Position numbers and translations under genes: made by a program. This document shows positions 45,044-53,166 of a stretch of 64,000 nt of DNA, in pieces. Under the pieces are notes generated by a model. The model was not told the origin of the DNA, searched no databases, and was given only the letters and a program-made list of their open reading frames with translations. Each line of letters begins with the position of its first letter. The stretch's first letter is position 1. The DNA comes from Abditibacterium sp. (GTDB taxonomy: Bacteria > Armatimonadota > Abditibacteriia > Abditibacteriales > Abditibacteriaceae): NCBI GenBank assembly GCA_036399575.1, contig DASWMV010000191.1, forward strand, positions 1,230 through 65,229, written 5' to 3'.

Positions 45044-45994
45044 ATGCGTTATATCCCACAAAACATGAAAGACTCCGACGATTTCATCGCCCATTTGCGC
45101 GACGTTCGCGGCGCTTCGCCTCATACGGTGCGCTCTTATGCGTCCGATTTAGAGCAGTTTTTTGCGTGGATTGGCGAGGAAAAACTGCTCAAACGTGGTC
45201 AAGGGCCGGAAAAAATTACCTATTTGATGGTGCGGCGTTATCTGGCGCATCTGGCAAGCGAGGATTTTTCGCGGCGCACTGTGGTTCGCAAACTTTCGAC
45301 GCTCAAGGCGTTTTGGAAGTGGTTGGAACGCGAAAATCGAGTGCAAACCAATCCGGCGGCGGCGGTCATTTCGCCCAAAGTCGCGCCGTCTTTGCCCGAA
45401 ATTCTCGACCGAGAAACGGTTGAGCGTTTGCTCGATGCTCCCGACGCGCGCAAACCGCTCGGACGGCGCGACCGCGCGCTTTTGGAATGGCTTTATTCGA
45501 GCGGCGCGCGCGTCGCAGAAACAGCGGCGCTCGATCTCGAAAGCATCAACTGGAAAAAGGCCGAGGCGCGCATCGAAACCGGCAAAGGCGGCGGCGCGCG
45601 GCTTGTTTTATTGGGCGAACCGGCTTTAAATGCGCTGCGAAGTTACGTTGAAGATTGGCGACCACTTTTGCTGCAACGTGCCATAAAAGAAGGCCCAAAA
45701 CCCACGCAAGCCGTGTGGATTAACGGGCGCGGCACTCGTTTATCGGCGCATGCGATCACGATGCTGGTTTCGCGCTATGCCCAGAAAATTGAACTCCGCC
45801 AAAACGTGACGCCGCATACTTTGCGGCACTCTTTTGCGACTCATTTGCTCGAAGGCGGCGCCGATTTGCGCGTCGTGCAAGAACTTTTAGGACACAAATC
45901 TCTCTCCGCGACGCAGATTTATACGCGCGTTTCGACTTCACATCTGCAAAAAATCTACGCCGCGACCCATCCGCGCGATCTGGATGAGATTTGA
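45044..45994 (+). CDS. xerC: Tyrosine recombinase XerC/XerD
   Basis: N-terminal SAM-like domain (ASPHTVRSYASDLEQFF). Catalytic R..HxxR..Y: HTLRHSFATHLLEGGADLRVVQELLGHKSLSATQIYTRV. Follows trmFO as in many genomes. Confidence 0.9.
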   Translation: MRYIPQNMKDSDDFIAHLRDVRGASPHTVRSYASDLEQFFAWIGEEKLLKRGQGPEKITYLMVRRYLAHLASEDFSRRTVVRKLSTLKAFWKWLERENRVQTNPAAAVISPKVAPSLPEILDRETVERLLDAPDARKPLGRRDRALLEWLYSSGARVAETAALDLESINWKKAEARIETGKGGGARLVLLGEPALNALRSYVEDWRPLLLQRAIKEGPKPTQAVWINGRGTRLSAHAITMLVSRYAQKIELRQNVTPHTLRHSFATHLLEGGADLRVVQELLGHKSLSATQIYTRVSTSHLQKIYAATHPRDLDEI

Positions 45995-46047
45995 AGGTTT
46001 GAACCGAGGCTATGGTATAAAAAAGAGCGGCTCGAAACGAGAAAATT

Positions 46048-46287
46048 ATGGGAATGGCGATTGGATTTTTGTTGTTTTTGTTGGGCGCGGTCACGTTCGT
46101 CGGCTGGCTGCCCGAAACCTTTTATTTCCTCAAGGGAATGGTGTCGTTTTCGCTGCTTTTCTGGGGTTCTTTGGCGCTGTTGATGGGAATTTCCGAGCGC
46201 CGCGCCAAGCGGCAATTTGAAAAAGCGTTAGGCGATGAAACACCGCAAACCACGCAAGCTCAAACTGAAAGCGAAAACTCAAATTAA
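46048..46287 (+). CDS. Small two-TM membrane protein, hypothetical
   Basis: IGFLLFLLGAVTFVGWL and VSFSLLFWGSLALLMGI. The 3' end overlaps the convergent cyclotransferase gene by 4 nt. Confidence 0.45.
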   Translation: MGMAIGFLLFLLGAVTFVGWLPETFYFLKGMVSFSLLFWGSLALLMGISERRAKRQFEKALGDETPQTTQAQTESENSN

Positions 46288-47129
46288 GGTTTGCGCGGCA
46301 CGTCTTCAACGCGAATCCAAAACAATTTCGGCCACTTTTTGCCCGTCACGAAAACGCGCTCGCTTTGCGGATCGTAGGCGATGCCGTTAAGAACATCTTC
46401 GCGCCCGCTGCGCTGTGACGGCTTCAAAATGCCGCTCAAATCAAGCTGGGCAACAACTTTTCCGTCTTTAGGGTCGATAACAACGATTTCGTCGGTTTGC
46501 CAGACGTTGGCCCACACATAACCGCGAATCCATTCGAGTTCGTTGAGGTTTTGCAGCGGCAAACCGCCGCGTGTGACGCGAATTTCGCCGAGACTGGCGA
46601 AATTTTGTGGGCTGCGCCAAGTCAAAACATCCGTGCCGTCGCTTTGGAGCAATTTTGTTCCGTCGGTTGTGAGTCCCCAGCCCTCGTTCTGATAGGAAAA
46701 GCGCGCAATGGGTTTGAAATTTTGGTCGAGAACAAAACCGATTTTGCTTTGCCAAGTCAGGCTATAAAATCGGCCATTCAAAAACGCCAAGCCTTCACCA
46801 AAAACTTGCGGCGGCAAATTGAATCGCTGCAAAACCTGCCCCGACGCCGGATCGACGCGGCGCACGCTCGATTTGCCTTCCAGCCCCGTCGATTCGTATA
46901 AAAACCCGTCGCGCCACAACAAACCTTGCGTAAAAGCCTGCGGGTCGTGCGGAAACTCTCCGGCCACGCTCCAACTCAATTGACGCGTTTCGTTTTGCGT
47001 CTGAGAAATGGAAACCGGCGCGGCGACGGGCTGAGACGAGGGATTTTGTTGCGGCGCGCAGCCGGAAAGCGCCACAAGAGCGGCAAGAAAAAAGCGATTC
47101 ACGGCAGGGAGTTTAGATTTAAACGTCAC
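46284..47129 (-). CDS. Glutaminyl-peptide cyclotransferase (beta-propeller type), lipoprotein
   Basis: FTQGLLWRDGFLYESTG, FGEGLAFLNGRFYSLTWQS, GWGLTTDG, NELEWIRGYVWANVW, GIAYDP...VFVTGKKWPKLF. Lipobox LVALSGC. GTG start. Confidence 0.85.
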   Translation of the reverse strand: MTFKSKLPAVNRFFLAALVALSGCAPQQNPSSQPVAAPVSISQTQNETRQLSWSVAGEFPHDPQAFTQGLLWRDGFLYESTGLEGKSSVRRVDPASGQVLQRFNLPPQVFGEGLAFLNGRFYSLTWQSKIGFVLDQNFKPIARFSYQNEGWGLTTDGTKLLQSDGTDVLTWRSPQNFASLGEIRVTRGGLPLQNLNELEWIRGYVWANVWQTDEIVVIDPKDGKVVAQLDLSGILKPSQRSGREDVLNGIAYDPQSERVFVTGKKWPKLFWIRVEDVPRKP

Positions 47130-47142
47130 ATTATCTCAATTT

Positions 47143-49251
47143 CTAAAACGAACGCGAAATCGCCACGCGAAACGAGCGTTTCTCAGCGGGATGGGTGTGG
47201 ATGTCTTCCACGCCATCAGCGCTTTCTCCCGGCAAACGCGATGCGTAAAAATAGTCGATGTCGCTCACTTTAGAATTGAGCAGATTGAACGATTCCACGC
47301 TCACCTTAAGGCCATTTTTCAATTTGTAACCGATGCGGCCATTGAGTAGCGTCGAGCTTTTGGAACGCACGGAATTATCTTCAACCAAGGGGCGTGGCCC
47401 GAAGTAACGGAGTCGCAGCGCGCCGCCCCATCCTTGCGGCGGCTCATAGCTCGCGCCAATGGCAATTACGCCTTCGACTGCGCCGGGGATTCGATTGCCT
47501 TCGGGTGCATTGTCACGAAAACGGGCGCGCGCGAAAGCGAAATCAGCGTCCAGAATTAGGCCGGGGCGAATCGTCCAGTAGTTTGTGAACTCAATTCCGG
47601 CGCGTTTTGAAGGCCGACTCGCTTCGGTTGTGCCCGCGTCGCCGATAAACAAAAGTTCGGATTGAAAATTGAGTCCCCACAGCGCTAGCGTTGATTGCAA
47701 ATTGCCCTTAACGCGCCGAGCGCCGACTTCTGCGAAATTAGAGCGCACGAGAGGCGTCACGCGCTGCGCCTGAACGTTTGGGTCATTCGGATCGACGGTA
47801 ATTGTTGTGCCGCGCGCGTCGTTGGAGTGAAAACCGCGCCCTGCTGCCGCATAAAGTTCCAATTCGGGCCGCGCGCGATACGCAGCCTCAAATTTGGGAC
47901 TCAAAATCGAATCGGAGACGCGTCCCGAATTGGCGGCGATGCTCGAAGCGACATCGAAACGGTAGCGGTCGTAGCGCAAACCAGCGACGGTGCGAAAACG
48001 GTCGCTCCAACTGATGCGGTTTTCGAAATAGGGCGACAAACTGGTTTGTTCGACCGAATCGGCGCGCACCGTCGCAAGCCGCGTGCGATTTTGGTTGCGA
48101 TAGAGTCCAACACCCGAAATATCATCGCGCCGCGCCTGAAAACCGAGTGAATTGATCATCGGACGCGTCCCCAACTCGCTTTTGAAATCGCGGCGAGTTT
48201 GAATTCCATAAATGCGGCGCCGGTCGGCTTGCTCGAATTGGTCGCCTCTAATCGGATCGTCGAGAAAGTAGGTGAAATTTGACCACAGATTGAGTCGGTA
48301 ATCAATCGCGTAAGCGCCGAGGGAAAAATCGTCGCGGCGCAGTTGGCCCGACAGCGAATAACGGCTCGATTTTCCGCCATTAGTGGGGTCGATGTTGCCA
48401 AAACGACCGATAAGCCCCGCATCAACGGCGCGCCGGGGCACTTGATCGGTCGAGTTCCATTCGCCGTCATACGCCATGCCCGTCAGCGTAAAACCACGCT
48501 CGGTGGTTCCGCTCGAATAGCGCAAAAGGCCGTTGAGTTTTTTGAAATCTTCGGGCAAATCCCAGGGGCCATCGTAATTGAGAGCCTCAAACCCGTAAAT
48601 CAATTTCTCGCCCGCTTGCCCTGTGATGAGTGCGCGGCGGCGCCCGAAATTGCCAATATCAAGGCTTTGAGTCGCGGCGACGCCAGTTTCAAGTCCCAAA
48701 CGGCGCGCGTAGGAAATATCGACCGAACCCGCCGACGAAAAATCGCCCTGGTCGGCTTCGTAGGCGCCCTTGCGATAGCGCAGGCCGGAAACCAGTTCGG
48801 GAATCAGCAAATTGAGGTCGATGTAGCCCTGCCCGTGCCCGTGGGTTGGCATGTTGAGCGGCATTCCGTCGAGTGAAATTGCCAAGTCTGTTCCGTGATC
48901 GAGATTGAAACCGCGCAAAAAATACTGGTTGGCTTTGCCCGACCCCGAATGCTGGGTGATGATGACGCCAGGAACTGTTTCGATGAGTTCACCGGGACGC
49001 AAAATCGGGCGCCGTTCGAGCTGTTTTGGCCCTACGATGCCTTCGGAGGCTGCACCAGCACGCCCGATTTGCGAATCGGAGCGTTCTTCGACAATGGAAA
49101 TCACCGTTTCGATTTCTTCGTTTGCATCGGGCGCCGGATTTTCGACTTGCGGCGCGTTCTCGGGCGTTGGCGCAACGTTTTCAGGAACATTTTGGGCGTT
49201 TGCAGCCACAACTGGCAGCGTAAACGCGCCAAAAACAAGAAGTTTTTTCAT
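47143..49251 (-). CDS. TonB-dependent outer-membrane receptor (candidate nickel/cobalt transporter)
   Basis: Signal peptide MKKLLVFGAFTLPVVAANAQ, plug domain, 22-strand-type barrel, terminal ...RVAISRSF. Its ATG is 5 nt downstream of the nikR stop; the alternative TTG start at 49260 overlaps that stop. Confidence 0.85.
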   Translation of the reverse strand: MKKLLVFGAFTLPVVAANAQNVPENVAPTPENAPQVENPAPDANEEIETVISIVEERSDSQIGRAGAASEGIVGPKQLERRPILRPGELIETVPGVIITQHSGSGKANQYFLRGFNLDHGTDLAISLDGMPLNMPTHGHGQGYIDLNLLIPELVSGLRYRKGAYEADQGDFSSAGSVDISYARRLGLETGVAATQSLDIGNFGRRRALITGQAGEKLIYGFEALNYDGPWDLPEDFKKLNGLLRYSSGTTERGFTLTGMAYDGEWNSTDQVPRRAVDAGLIGRFGNIDPTNGGKSSRYSLSGQLRRDDFSLGAYAIDYRLNLWSNFTYFLDDPIRGDQFEQADRRRIYGIQTRRDFKSELGTRPMINSLGFQARRDDISGVGLYRNQNRTRLATVRADSVEQTSLSPYFENRISWSDRFRTVAGLRYDRYRFDVASSIAANSGRVSDSILSPKFEAAYRARPELELYAAAGRGFHSNDARGTTITVDPNDPNVQAQRVTPLVRSNFAEVGARRVKGNLQSTLALWGLNFQSELLFIGDAGTTEASRPSKRAGIEFTNYWTIRPGLILDADFAFARARFRDNAPEGNRIPGAVEGVIAIGASYEPPQGWGGALRLRYFGPRPLVEDNSVRSKSSTLLNGRIGYKLKNGLKVSVESFNLLNSKVSDIDYFYASRLPGESADGVEDIHTHPAEKRSFRVAISRSF

Positions 49252-49256
49252 GGGTT

Positions 49257-49700
49257 TCAAGATTGGGTCGCTGTCACAGTCAAACGGCCATGTTTCACGC
49301 CTTTGGCGGCGATGAGATGTTCGGCAAGCGCACGAATCCGCGCACCATCGCCGCGCACGACGATAACTTCAAGGCAGTTATCGTGATCGAGATGAACGTG
49401 GAGAGTCGAAACAATGATCGCGGTGTGGTCGTGCTGCAAATCGGTCAAAATCGCCTGCAAACGAGGCTTGTGATGATCGAAAAGCAGCGTAATGGTGCCC
49501 GCGATTTCGCCCGCGATGGCGCTTTGATGCTCAATCAACTGTGCGCGCACCATGTCGGCAATCGCCAGAGAACGATTGGAATAACCTTTTGAACGCGCCA
49601 TGGCGTCGAGATCACGCGCTACATCAGCGGGAAGCGATACGCTAAAGCGCGTCACTCCGTCAGATTTTTCCTCGCTTTCGGTTGTGTGGGAGTGGCTCAT
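49257..49700 (-). CDS. nikR: Nickel-responsive regulator NikR
   Basis: Ribbon-helix-helix start RFSVSLPADVARDLDAMA. Ni-site block LQHDH...LHVHLDHDNCLEV (HxH-x5-C as in E. coli NikR). ATG at 49700 lies inside ORF 49257..49748. Confidence 0.85.
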   Translation of the reverse strand: MSHSHTTESEEKSDGVTRFSVSLPADVARDLDAMARSKGYSNRSLAIADMVRAQLIEHQSAIAGEIAGTITLLFDHHKPRLQAILTDLQHDHTAIIVSTLHVHLDHDNCLEVIVVRGDGARIRALAEHLIAAKGVKHGRLTVTATQS

Positions 49701-49730
49701 CGTGTTACGAATCGAAATAAAAGTAACACG
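49701..49730. promoter_or_regulatory. Candidate NikR operator CGTGTTAC-N14-GTAACACG
   Basis: Perfect 8-bp inverted repeat (49701..49708 and 49723..49730) abutting the nikR start codon. The half-site spacing lies in the range known for NikR operators. Confidence 0.35.
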
Positions 49731-49744
49731 AACTAGAAGATTAA

Positions 49745-49772
49745 GCAATTGGCAAATTCATTTGCCAATTGC
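49745..49772 (-). terminator. 12-bp perfect hairpin spanning the stop codon of the metallophosphoesterase gene (terminator or operator)
   Basis: gcaattggcaaa (49745..49756), loop ttca, tttgccaattgc (49761..49772). The TGA stop (49758..49760, minus strand) lies in the loop. Confidence 0.5.
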
Positions 49773-50669
49773 GCGCAGTGTAAAAACCGAGATTTCAGGC
49801 CGCGCGCAAAAACGGAAAGGAATACCGACGGTGCCCAGCCCGCGATTGGTATAAAGCGCCAAGTCGCCGACTTGATATCTGCCGCGTGGATATTTTTTGG
49901 CGCCACCTGGAACATGAAGCACGCCAATAAACGGCGCCGCGATTTGTCCACCGTGCGAATGACCTGACAGCAGCAAATCGAAGCGTCCTAACGGCGCAAT
50001 TTCATCGGCGAGGTCGGGCGCATGGGCCAGCAAAATCGCGGGTGCGCCGGACGGAATTTGCGCCAGAAGCGAGTCGAGTTCATCGAATCTGGTCAACCAG
50101 TCGTCTAAACCGCCCAGATACAGCGACGCGCCGTTCTTTTCGAGGAGATGCGCTTCGTTTCGCAGTTCGCGCACACCGCCGCGCGAGAGTGCCGAACGCA
50201 CCAGTGTCGCGCCGTGCCGTGCATCACCTTCCCACGGCCATTGATCGTGATTGCCTAAGACAGCAAAAACGCCGTGAGGGGCTTTGAGACGCTGAAAACC
50301 GGCCACGAGCGGCTTTTCCTGCCAAAGGTCGCCGTGAGTCGTATAATCGCCGGTCATCACGATGAGATCAGCATTCTGGGCGGTTACGAGATCGCAAATC
50401 GCGGGGAAATGCTGGCGCATGTCGCCGCCTTCAATGTGAACATCCGAGATTTGCGCGATGCGAAAACCATCAAATTCGCGCGGCAAACGCGGTAAAACGA
50501 CTTCGTTTTCTGTGACTTCCACCCAATCCGGTTCGACTTCGCTTGCCCATACCGTGCTTCCCAGCGTCAGCGTGCTCGCCCCAATGCCCAGCCGAACGCC
50601 CGCGCGTAGCAAACCGCGCCGCGTGATTTTGCGATTTGAAACTGGGTTTGGCGGCGTTGCGGTTGACAT
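49758..50669 (-). CDS. Tat-exported metallophosphoesterase
   Basis: Twin-arginine signal TRRGLLRAGVRLGIGAS. Motifs ISDVHIEG, MTGDYTTHGD, VLGNHD, GHSHGGQ. Confidence 0.85.
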   Translation of the reverse strand: MSTATPPNPVSNRKITRRGLLRAGVRLGIGASTLTLGSTVWASEVEPDWVEVTENEVVLPRLPREFDGFRIAQISDVHIEGGDMRQHFPAICDLVTAQNADLIVMTGDYTTHGDLWQEKPLVAGFQRLKAPHGVFAVLGNHDQWPWEGDARHGATLVRSALSRGGVRELRNEAHLLEKNGASLYLGGLDDWLTRFDELDSLLAQIPSGAPAILLAHAPDLADEIAPLGRFDLLLSGHSHGGQIAAPFIGVLHVPGGAKKYPRGRYQVGDLALYTNRGLGTVGIPFRFCARPEISVFTLRAIGK

Positions 50670-50770
50670 CGCGGCTCAATTTGACACGCGCGCCGCGCGC
50701 TGTCGAGGTCTTGAGTGCGCGAAAAGTGTTTTTCAGGTGTAAAAGCGTTAAGAAAGTGTGGAGCGAGTCG

Positions 50771-51997
50771 TCAACTCAAAAAAATCACGCGCCCAAACGG
50801 CGCGCTCGCGCCGGGCGAAGTGCAACACCACAAAAGCGGCATTTTCGGTTCTTTATCTCCAAAAACGCCTGCAAGGTCAGTGAAATAGAGCGCGACGCTG
50901 ACGCCGATTTCGTCCAAACGCCGCAGCGCGGGCCGGAAATCTGTTCCGCCACCGCCTTTCGCTTCGATTTGCCCAGAGCGGATTTTGTCCAAAAGCGGTC
51001 GCCCGTCGTTGCGCACGCGGGTTTCACTCCCGATTTCAGCGTCGGCGAAAATCAAAAAGATTTCGCAGCCCGTCCGTTTTTGCACGGCATCAACTTCGGC
51101 GCAAAACCGCGCCAGAATCGCATCGTTAATCGAACCGGACGTATCAATTACAATTCCCGCGCGCCGAATACCGAGTTCTGGCTGCGTGGCGGGTTCAAAA
51201 ACGCTGGATGCGCCCGCCAAAACGCGGCGCGATGGCCGATTCCAGTTTTCGCGGGATTGAGGAAGCGTCGCGTCCTGCATGAACGAGCGCAAAACTTGCG
51301 GCCAGGGCGTCGAGGCAACTGGGAAATCGCCGGAAAGCCCGCGCAGCATTCCGCCGGGCCGGTCGCCCGCCTGAGCGCGCGCCAGACGCGACGCCCATAT
51401 GCGCGAAGCGATTTCAGAACTCAGTCCATCTTGATCATCGCCGTCGGGAGCCGGAATCATATCGAAATCGCGAAAACCGTTGTCGTCCAGCCATTTGTCC
51501 AGCCATTTTTCAAAGTTTTCGCTATCACCGGGCAAGCCAATTTGCTCCAGCAAGTGCGCGTAAATCGCTTCGGCGCTCCATGTCGCGGGCGGACGCGATT
51601 CGAGCAGCGTTCTGGGCAAAATTTCTTCAATTTTGACGCCGTTTTTGGGCACCTGAAGCCACCCCATTTTGCCCAATGCGTGATTGATAACTGCATCACA
51701 AGCGATGTTCCACAAATGCCCATGAGCGCGCGAAACGCGATAAGCGAATGCGCCGCGTGGCACATGACGCAGCGCGACGTGCAAAATCTCGTGGCACAAA
51801 ATGAAAGCGCGTTCGAGAGGTTCAAATTCGCTCCAAAATCGCGGTCCCGCCACAACGCGCTTGCCATCGGTGTAGGCGATGTAATCGGTCGCGTCGGACG
51901 CGAAATATGGCACCCACAGCGCAATCGCCGCGAAACCAGGGCTTTTAGTCACGCAGTAGCGCGCCAGCGTAGCGAGTTCGGAGTTTTGCGTGTTCAT
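50771..51997 (-). CDS. HExxH metallopeptidase-like plus VWA-like domain protein (DUF2201-type)
   Basis: N-terminal CHEILHVALRH (HExxH). C-terminal VWA/MIDAS-like start GIVIDTSGSI. Downstream of a MoxR-type ATPase gene. Confidence 0.75.
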   Translation of the reverse strand: MNTQNSELATLARYCVTKSPGFAAIALWVPYFASDATDYIAYTDGKRVVAGPRFWSEFEPLERAFILCHEILHVALRHVPRGAFAYRVSRAHGHLWNIACDAVINHALGKMGWLQVPKNGVKIEEILPRTLLESRPPATWSAEAIYAHLLEQIGLPGDSENFEKWLDKWLDDNGFRDFDMIPAPDGDDQDGLSSEIASRIWASRLARAQAGDRPGGMLRGLSGDFPVASTPWPQVLRSFMQDATLPQSRENWNRPSRRVLAGASSVFEPATQPELGIRRAGIVIDTSGSINDAILARFCAEVDAVQKRTGCEIFLIFADAEIGSETRVRNDGRPLLDKIRSGQIEAKGGGGTDFRPALRRLDEIGVSVALYFTDLAGVFGDKEPKMPLLWCCTSPGASAPFGRVIFLS

Positions 51998-52000
51998 GTT

Positions 52001-52073
52001 GTGGGGACATGGCCTGCCATGTCCTTCGATGATGTGTGAGGCGTGGGAAAGACATGGCAGGCCATGTCCCTAC
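52001..52073. repeat. Palindromic element family, degenerate full copy 3
   Basis: gtggggacatggcctgccatgtcctt (52001..52026) and aagacatggcaggccatgtccctac (52049..52073). Two substitutions/indels and a different spacer. It fills the gap between the MoxR and VWA genes, and the MoxR TAG stop lies in CCCTAC. Confidence 0.75.
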
Positions 52074-53161
52074 GAACGCGATTCAATTTCCACGATTTGA
52101 CGCGCTTTCTCGCGATATTTTTCGTATTCGGGCGTTTCGCCTAAATCGAGCAAAAAACCTGCTTTGCCCGCTTTTTCAAACAACAATTCCATCGCGAGCG
52201 CTTGAACTTCGGCGCGCGGCAATTCGGTGCCCTTTGGGTCTTCGATTTCGCCCAGCCGAATCAAAACCCGCATCGCGGCGCGCGCGGTTTCGACATCAGA
52301 AACATAAGCGGTGAGGCTGTAAGTGAGGCCATAAAGTGCGGGCAAAGTGCGTGGCAGCATCGCGTCGAGTTTGTCGCCCGAAGCGGCCAAAATATCGGCA
52401 ATGGGCGCGAGGTCGGCGATTTCTTCCCAGACATGAAAAAATTCCGCGCTCGCCGCTTCGCCCACGATGCCCGACAGCAGATATTCACGCGTCGCGCGGC
52501 TCTTTTCCACGTTCAAAACCTGCGAAACACGCTCCCAAGAGCGCGGAGTCGGGCCGATTAGCTGCCCGTTTTGCTGTTGCAGTTGATTCGATTCCAAAAA
52601 GTCGGGTTTGACCTGAATAAAAGCCAAGACTTCGGGAGCGATGCCGTGATTTTGGCCCCACGCAATCCATTCGCGCGCGTTGGGAACGACTTTGAAATGA
52701 ACTAATCGGTCGGCGAGCGCCGATCCCATATCGAACGAAATCGCGCCGTCGTCGGGGGCATTTCCGGCGCCTACAACCCACCAGTCGGGCGGCAAAACGT
52801 AGTCGCCCACACGCCGGTCAAGAATCAGTTGATAGGCGGCGACTTGCAATCGCGGCTCGGCGGCAGAAAGCTCGTCGAGAAACAAAATTCCGCTTCCCTC
52901 CCGTGGCAAAAATTCGGGCGGATACCAAACGGTGCGCCGCGTGTTGGCATCGAGCGCGGGAAGTCCACGCAAATCGGCGGCTTCGATTTGCGACAAAATC
53001 AAAACCTTGAGTTCGAGGCCGCGCGAAACTGCGAAATCGCGGATGATGCTCGATTTTCCAATGCCCGGCGCGCCGTGCAAATAAGCGGGCATTTTGAGAC
53101 TGTGAAGCGCATCGAGACACGGCAAAAGCTGGGCGGGCGTGAGCGGAACGGTGTTAATCAT
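52070..53161 (-). CDS. MoxR-type AAA+ ATPase (AAA_5-like)
   Basis: Walker A LHGAPGIGKSSII, Walker B ILFLDELSAA, sensor/arginine regions. ATG at 53161 is 6 nt after the upstream stop. Confidence 0.85.
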   Translation of the reverse strand: MINTVPLTPAQLLPCLDALHSLKMPAYLHGAPGIGKSSIIRDFAVSRGLELKVLILSQIEAADLRGLPALDANTRRTVWYPPEFLPREGSGILFLDELSAAEPRLQVAAYQLILDRRVGDYVLPPDWWVVGAGNAPDDGAISFDMGSALADRLVHFKVVPNAREWIAWGQNHGIAPEVLAFIQVKPDFLESNQLQQQNGQLIGPTPRSWERVSQVLNVEKSRATREYLLSGIVGEAASAEFFHVWEEIADLAPIADILAASGDKLDAMLPRTLPALYGLTYSLTAYVSDVETARAAMRVLIRLGEIEDPKGTELPRAEVQALAMELLFEKAGKAGFLLDLGETPEYEKYREKARQIVEIESRS

Positions 53162-53166
53162 AGATT

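Noticed and set aside
43665-45994. xerC next to a repeat element as a possible integrase of an integrated mobile element
   Set aside because: trmFO-xerC adjacency is a conserved housekeeping arrangement. The protein has XerC/D-type motifs. There is no att-like duplication, phage or conjugation gene, or compositional shift nearby.
50636-52039. 467-aa plus-strand ORF covering the VWA/metallopeptidase gene
   Set aside because: It is antisense to a gene with HExxH and VWA motifs. It is Arg/Ala-rich, runs through the palindromic repeat, and has no family signature.
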